In this document: piece after piece, positions 58,110 through 64,000 of the stretch
How positions within the stretch are numbered: the first letter of the stretch is position 1
Layout of the letters: the number at the start of each line of letters is the position of its first letter
Source of the DNA: the human T2T-CHM13v2.0 reference genome, Homo sapiens
Strand: one strand, 5' to 3'
Length of the DNA: 64,000 nt
Assembly (NCBI RefSeq): GCF_009914755.1
Contig: NC_060947.1
The notes under the pieces: model-generated
Told to the model about the DNA's origin: nothing
The model's input: only the letters and a program-made list of their open reading frames with translations
The model's database searches: none
Program-made: the position numbers and the translations under genes

Positions 58110-59405
58110 GGCCAGGTGCGGCAGCTTATGCCTGTCATCCCACCACTTTGGGAGGCCGAGGAGGGTGGATCACAAGGTCAGGAGTTCGAGACCAGCCTGG
58201 CCGATATGGTGAAACTCCATCTCTACTAAAAATACAAAAATTAGCCGGGTGTGCTGTCGGGCGCCTGTAATCCCAGCTACTCAGGAGGCTGAGGCAGGAG
58301 AATCTCTTAGAACCCGGGAGGCGGAGGTTGCAGTGAGCCAGATTGGGCCACTGCACTCCAGCCTGGGTGACAAGAGGGAGACTCCATCTCAAAAAAAATC
58401 ATAAAATAAAAAATTAATTAATTAAAAAGGCTAGGTGCAGTGGCTCATGCCTGTAATCCCAGCACTTTGGGAGGCCGAGGTGGGCAGATCACCTGAGGTT
58501 GGGGGTTTGAGACCATCCTGGCCAACATGGTGAAACCCCATCTCTAGTAAAATACAAAAATTAGCTGGGTGTGGTGTCGGGTGCTTGTAATCTCAGCTAC
58601 TCAGGAGGCTGAGGCAGAATCTTAGAATCCAGGAGGTGGAGGTTGCAGTGAGCCGAGATCAAGCCATTGCACTCCAGCCTGGGCGACAAGAGGGAGACTC
58701 TGTCTCAAAAAAATACATAATATAATAAAAATAAATAAATAATAAAATAGGCCAGGCACGGTGGTTCACGCCTGTAGTCCCAGCACTTTGGGAGGCCAAG
58801 GCGGGTGGATCACCTGATGTCAGGTGTTCGAGACCAGCCTGGCCAACATGGTGAAACCCCATCTCTACGAAAAATACAAAAATTAGGTGGGTGTGGTGTC
58901 GGGCGCCTGTACTCCCAGCTTCTCAGCAAGGTGAGGCAGGAGAATCTCTGAGAATCCGGGAGGTGGAGGTTGCAGTGAACTGAGATTGGGCCACTGCACT
59001 CCAGCCTGGGCGACAAGAGGGAGACTCTGTCTCAAAAAATATATATATATAAAATAAATAATTAATAAAATAGGTCAGGTGCACTAGCTCATGCCTGTCA
59101 TCCCAGCACTTTGGGAGGCCAAGGCAGGTGGATCACCTGATGTCAGGACTTCGAGACCAGCCTGGCCAACATGGTGAAACCTCGTCTCTACTAAAAATAC
59201 AAAAATTAGCCGGGTGTGGTGTCGGGCGCCTGTAATCCCAGCTTCTCAGGAGGCTGAGGCAGGAGAATCTCTTAGAACCCCGGAGGCAGAGGTTGCAGTG
59301 AGCTGAGATTGCACCACTACACTCCAGCCTGGGCGACAAGAGGGGGACTCCATCTAAAAAAAAAAATGATAAAAAATAAATAATATAAAAAGTAAAATAA
59401 ATAAA
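58110..59405 (+). mobile_element. Four tandem Alus (starts 58110, 58429, 58750, 59073)
   Basis: Shared private variants; outer TSD AAAG(G)GATTTCA. Confidence 0.95.
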
Positions 59406-59699
59406 AGGATTTCAGAGGCATCTAACCAAGTAAGGACCCGGCCAAGCATGTATGTTGAAGACAAGCTGAGAAGGCTTTATAGCAATTAACAAAAAAAAAC
59501 AGCTGGTAACAACAGCCAGTCTGGGGGTGTAAAAATGGAACTACCATTGGTAACAGGACCTTCCGTTCCTTCTAATGACCTCTTTGAAGGTACGAGTGAT
59601 TTACACTCCATCATAACCCTCTTGGCCCCTGGGGCCTCGTCTCAGCATCCGTTCCGTAGGCAGGAGGCACGGTTCTCGGTGTTTCCGGAGACCAACCCT

Positions 59700-60035
59700 G
59701 TTTTGTTTCTTTGGTAAAGCATAGAGCGTGGTGCTATTGACGTCGGGAGAATACCACGGCTTTGAAAACATTATTCTCAGTGAACGGAAGCCTGTCGCTG
59801 AAGACCACGTATCCTGTGATTTCATTCAGATGAAAGGTTCAGAATAGACCAGTCCAGACACAAAGCAGATTAGTGGTTTCACAGGGGCTGGGGTGGGGGT
59901 GGGAAGGGAGTGGGGTCATGGGGAAAGAGTGTGGGGTTTCTTTGTCTTCTGCAAGGGATGAAAATATTGTAATCTACCCACAGTCATGCTTCTCTGCATC
60001 TGTGAATATCCTAAAAGCCACTCAATGGTAAATTG
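59700..60035 (+). mobile_element. Old L1M 3' fragment
   Basis: GAAAACATTATTCTCAGTGAA...AAAGCAGATTAGTGGTT...GATGAAAATATT. Confidence 0.6.
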
Positions 60036-60129
60036 AATTGTCCATGACCAGAGGGGCCGGTGCACGTGACAGGCAGAGGTAGGAGACCCCATCCTAGCAT
60101 CCACTGTTGACATTCTAAAAGTGACTGTC

Positions 60130-60845
60130 GGCCAGGCATGGTGGCTCACGCCTGTCATCCCAGCATTTTGGGAGGCCGAGGTGGGTGGATCACCTGAGGT
60201 CGGGAGTTCGAGACCAGCCTGGCCAACATGCTGAAACCTTGTCTCTACTTGAAAAATGAGTGAATTGTGTGGGATGTGAATTATATCTGAATAGAACAAT
60301 CTTTTTTCTTTTTCTTTTGGCCGATTTTCTTTTTCTTTTGGTTTCTTTTGATCTGATGGTTTTACAAATGGGAGTTCCCCTGATAATGTCTCACTCTGTC
60401 ACCCAGGCTCAAGTGCAGTGGCACGATCATAGCTCACTGCAGCCTCGATCTCCTGGGCTCAGGTAACCCTCCCACCTCAGTGTCAGCATAGCTGGGACCG
60501 CAGGTGTGCACCACCATGCCCAGTTAATTTATTTTTTCTAATCTGTAGAGACTTAAAAAAAATATATATATATATATATATGGAGGCCGATGCGGGTAGA
60601 TCACCTGAGGTCAGGAGTTCGAGACCAGCCTGACCAGCATGGCGAAACCCCATCTATAGTAAAAGTACAAAATTACCTGGGCGTGGTGACTCCTGCCTGT
60701 AATCCCAGCTACTCAAGAGGCTGAGGCAGGAGAATTGCTTGAAGCTGCTAGGCGGAGGTTGCAGTGAGTGGAGACCTCACCACTGCACTCCAGTTTGGGT
60801 GACAGAGCAAGACTCCATCTCAAAAATAAAATAAAATAAAATAAA
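60130..60845. mobile_element. Alu cluster: left monomer + (60130-60255), AluJ fragment - (60385-60550), AluSp-like + (60582-60845)
   Basis: Alu consensus matches. Confidence 0.9.
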
Positions 60846-61250
60846 AGTGCATATAAAAGGTATGTTTATAACCATATTGTAGCCTATTAAACGTGCAATA
60901 GCATTATGTCTTAAAAATATGCATGCTTTAATTTAAATCTACTTTTTTCTTAATTATAGTTTAAGTTCTAGGGTACATGCGCACAACGTGCATGTTTGTT
61001 ACATATGTATACATGTGCCATGTTGGTGTGCTGCACCCATGAACTCATCATTTACATTAGGTATATCTCCTAATGCTATCCCTCCCCCCTCCCCCTACCC
61101 CAATTTCAAATCTATTTTATTGCTAAAAAAGCTAATAGATTTTCTCCATGGGTGGGGTTACGACATTCCTGCAATTTGTAAACAACAACAACAAATAGTG
61201 TCTGACGGTGCCATAAAGCAAACTGCAATCAAATGAGGCATGCCTGTATA
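60846..61250 (-). mobile_element. Internally deleted Tigger1 remnant with a nested short L1PA 3' end (60943-61102)
   Basis: GTGCATATAAAAGGTATGTTTA...GCAATAGCATTATGTCT; terminus TGAGGCATGCCTGTA; L1 TSD AAATCTA(C/T)TTT. Confidence 0.7.
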
Positions 61251-61339
61251 GACACACTTTGGCATCCATTCAATTCTTTATCTAACCAGAATATATATGT
61301 AATTTTCATTATTTATTTATTTTAATTTTTAATTTTTTT

Positions 61340-61664
61340 ATTCTTTGATATTTTATTTTATTTTATTTTATTTTATTTTATTTTGAGACAGAGTCTCGCT
61401 CTGTCTCCCAGGCTGGAGTGCAATGACCCTATTTTGGCTCACTGCAAACTCCACCTCTGGGGTTCAAGTGATTCTCCAGCCTCAGCCTCCTGAGTAGCTG
61501 GGATTACAGGCATTCACCACCAGGCCTGGCTAACTTTGTATATTTAGTAGAGACGGGGTTTCGTCATGTTGGCCAGGCTAGTCTCGAACTCCTGGCCGAG
61601 GTGATCCGCTCGCTTCAGCCTCCCAAAGTGCTGGGATGACACGTGTGAGCCACCGTGCCTGGCC
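61340..61664 (-). mobile_element. AluS
   Basis: Reverse dimer with (TTTTA)n tail. Confidence 0.95.
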
Positions 61665-62144
61665 CAAATCTTTCAAGCCGGCTGTCAGCAGGCATCCGTG
61701 TCAGGTCCACCTGTCCGTCCAGCTCCAAGCTGATTGTCAGCCACTGCACAGGCTGAAAAAAATGGACTTTAATATCTGTGAAAACCTCGTTGGCTCAAAG
61801 GAAACTGTAGCAAATTCTTTTTTTTTATTTTTGTTTTTTAACTCAAAGAGTGGAGTTTGCATTGACCTTGTGATGGCACGCTGCTCTTTTGTTTTGGTGT
61901 AAATCCTCTAGTGGGCACTTTGCAAAAGCAATTTTAGAGCAAAGGTGGTGGCATGGAGTTGTGTGAGGTTGCTGAAAAGTAGCAAATGGAAGAAAGGTTA
62001 ATGGAGCTGGATTTCTACAAAGGACGTCCTTTGAGGAGATCCACAGCAGCAACAATCACAGAGCAGCTTGCGTTTCCTATTCTGGGGACTTGGAGCACTT
62101 GATTGTAAGGAAGAAAGTGTGAGTGGGCACAAGGCTGGTGGTCA

Positions 62145-64000
62145 CAATAAAAAGAACAACAGTAATAATATGATACTACCACTGCATGAGAGCAGTAATA
62201 ACAACAACAGTAATACAATACCACCGCCGTGTGAGAGCAGTAATAACTACAACAGTAATACGATACCACCGCTGCATGAGAGCAGTCATAATCACAACAG
62301 TAATATGATACTACCGCCGCATGAGAGCAACAACAGTAATATGATACTACTGCCGCATGAGAGCAGTAATAACAACAGTAATATGATACTACCACTACAT
62401 GAGAGCAGTCATAATCACAACAGTAACATGACACCACCGCCGCATCAGAGCAGTAATAACAACAACAGTAATATGATACTACCGCCGCATGAGAGCAGTA
62501 ATAACAACACTAATATGATACTACCACTACATGAGAGCAGTCATAATCACAACAGTAACATGACACCACCGCCGCATGAGCAGTAATAACAACAACAGTA
62601 ATATGATACTACCGCCGCATGAGAGCAGTAATCACAACAGTAATATGATACTACCGCTGCATGAGAGCAGTAATAACAGTAATATGATACTACCGCCGCA
62701 TGAGAGCAGTAATAACAGTAATATGATACTACCGCCGCATGAGAGCAGTAATAACAACAGTAATATGATACTACCGCCGCATGAGAGCAGTCATAATCAC
62801 AACAGTAATATGATACTACCGCCGCATGGGAGCAGTAATAACAACAACAGTAATATGATACTACCGCCGCATGAGAGCAGTAATAACAACAGTAATATGA
62901 TACTACCGCTGCATGAGAGCAGTAATAACAGTAATATGATACTACCGCCGCATGAGAGCAGTAATAACAACAGTAATATGATACTACCACTACATGAGAG
63001 CAGTCATAATCACAACAGTAATATGATACTACCACTACATGAGAGCAGTCATAATCACAACAGTAATATGATACTACCACTACATGAGAGCAGTCATAAT
63101 CACAACAGTAATATGATACTACCGCCGCATGGGAGCAGTAATCACAACAGTAATATGATACTACCGTTGCATGAGAGCAGTAATAACAACAACAGTAATA
63201 TGATACTACCGCCACATGAGAGCAGTAATCACAACAGTAATATGATACTACCGCCGCATGAGAGCAGTCATAATCACAACAGTAATATGATACTACCGCC
63301 ACATGAGAGCAGTAATAACAACAGTAATATGATACTACCACTACATGAGAGCAGTCATAATCACAACAGTAATATGATACTACCACTACATGAGAGCAGT
63401 CATAATCACAACAGTAATATGATACTACCACTACATGAGAGCAGTCATAATCACAACAGTAATATGATACTACCGCTGCATGAGAGCAGTAATAACAACA
63501 GTAATATGATACTACCGCCGCATGAGAGCAACAACAGTAATATGATACTACTGCCGCATGAGAGCAGTAATAACAACAGTAATATGATACTACCGCCGCA
63601 TGAGAGCAGTAATAACAACAGTAATATGATACTACCACTACATGAGAGCAGTCATAATCACAACAGTAATATGATACTACCGCCGCATGAGAGCAGTAAT
63701 CACAACAGTAATATGATACTACCGCTGCATGAGAGCAGTAATAACAGTAATATGATACTACCGCCACATGAGAGCAGTAATAACAGTAATATGATACTAC
63801 CGCCGCATGAGAGCAGTAATAACAACAGTAATATGATACTACCGCCGCATGAGAGCAGTCATAATCACAACAGTAATATGATACTACCACTACATGAGAG
63901 CAGTCATAATCACAACAGTAATATGATACTACCGCTGCATGAGAGCAGTAATAACAACAGTAATATGATACTACCGCCGCATGAGAGCAGTAATAACAGT
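62145..64000. repeat. VNTR with a 42-bp core unit (36/39/42/45-bp variants), ~44 units, runs off the window
   Basis: ATGAGAGCAGTAATAACAACAGTAATATGATACTACCGCCGC repeated. Confidence 0.98.

Noticed and set aside
61903-61920. CTCF-like CCTCTAGTGGGCAC (similar motif near 27470)
   Set aside because: Mismatches at key core positions in both orientations
62547-63890. Cys/Tyr-rich keratin-associated- or metallothionein-like protein
   Set aside because: Pure VNTR translation with a non-ATG start and no unique domain; not called as CDS

Overview
Primate (very probably human) non-coding genomic DNA. It is extremely Alu-dense and also carries L1, MaLR (MST/MLT1) LTRs, ERV LTR fragments, the DNA transposons MER1A, MER2, MER5A and Tigger1, long (TCTA)n/(TATG)n low-complexity tracts and five minisatellites. 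I see no credible protein-coding exon, RNA gene, CRISPR array or prokaryotic feature. The long ORFs in the track come from Alu, L1 or repeats. The STIR-like MLT1 copies plus the GATA/TCTA tracts suggest Xp22.33/pseudoautosomal (PAR1)-type DNA, which is an inference. I found no new gene system. The most unusual signal is pervasive in-situ amplification and rearrangement: minisatellites born from Alu, MLT1 and L1 sequence; Alus multiplied inside single target-site duplications; a ~2.3 kb inverted duplication; and small template-switch scars. Coordinates were read by eye (about +/-20 bp for old elements) and subfamily calls are from memory of consensus sequences.
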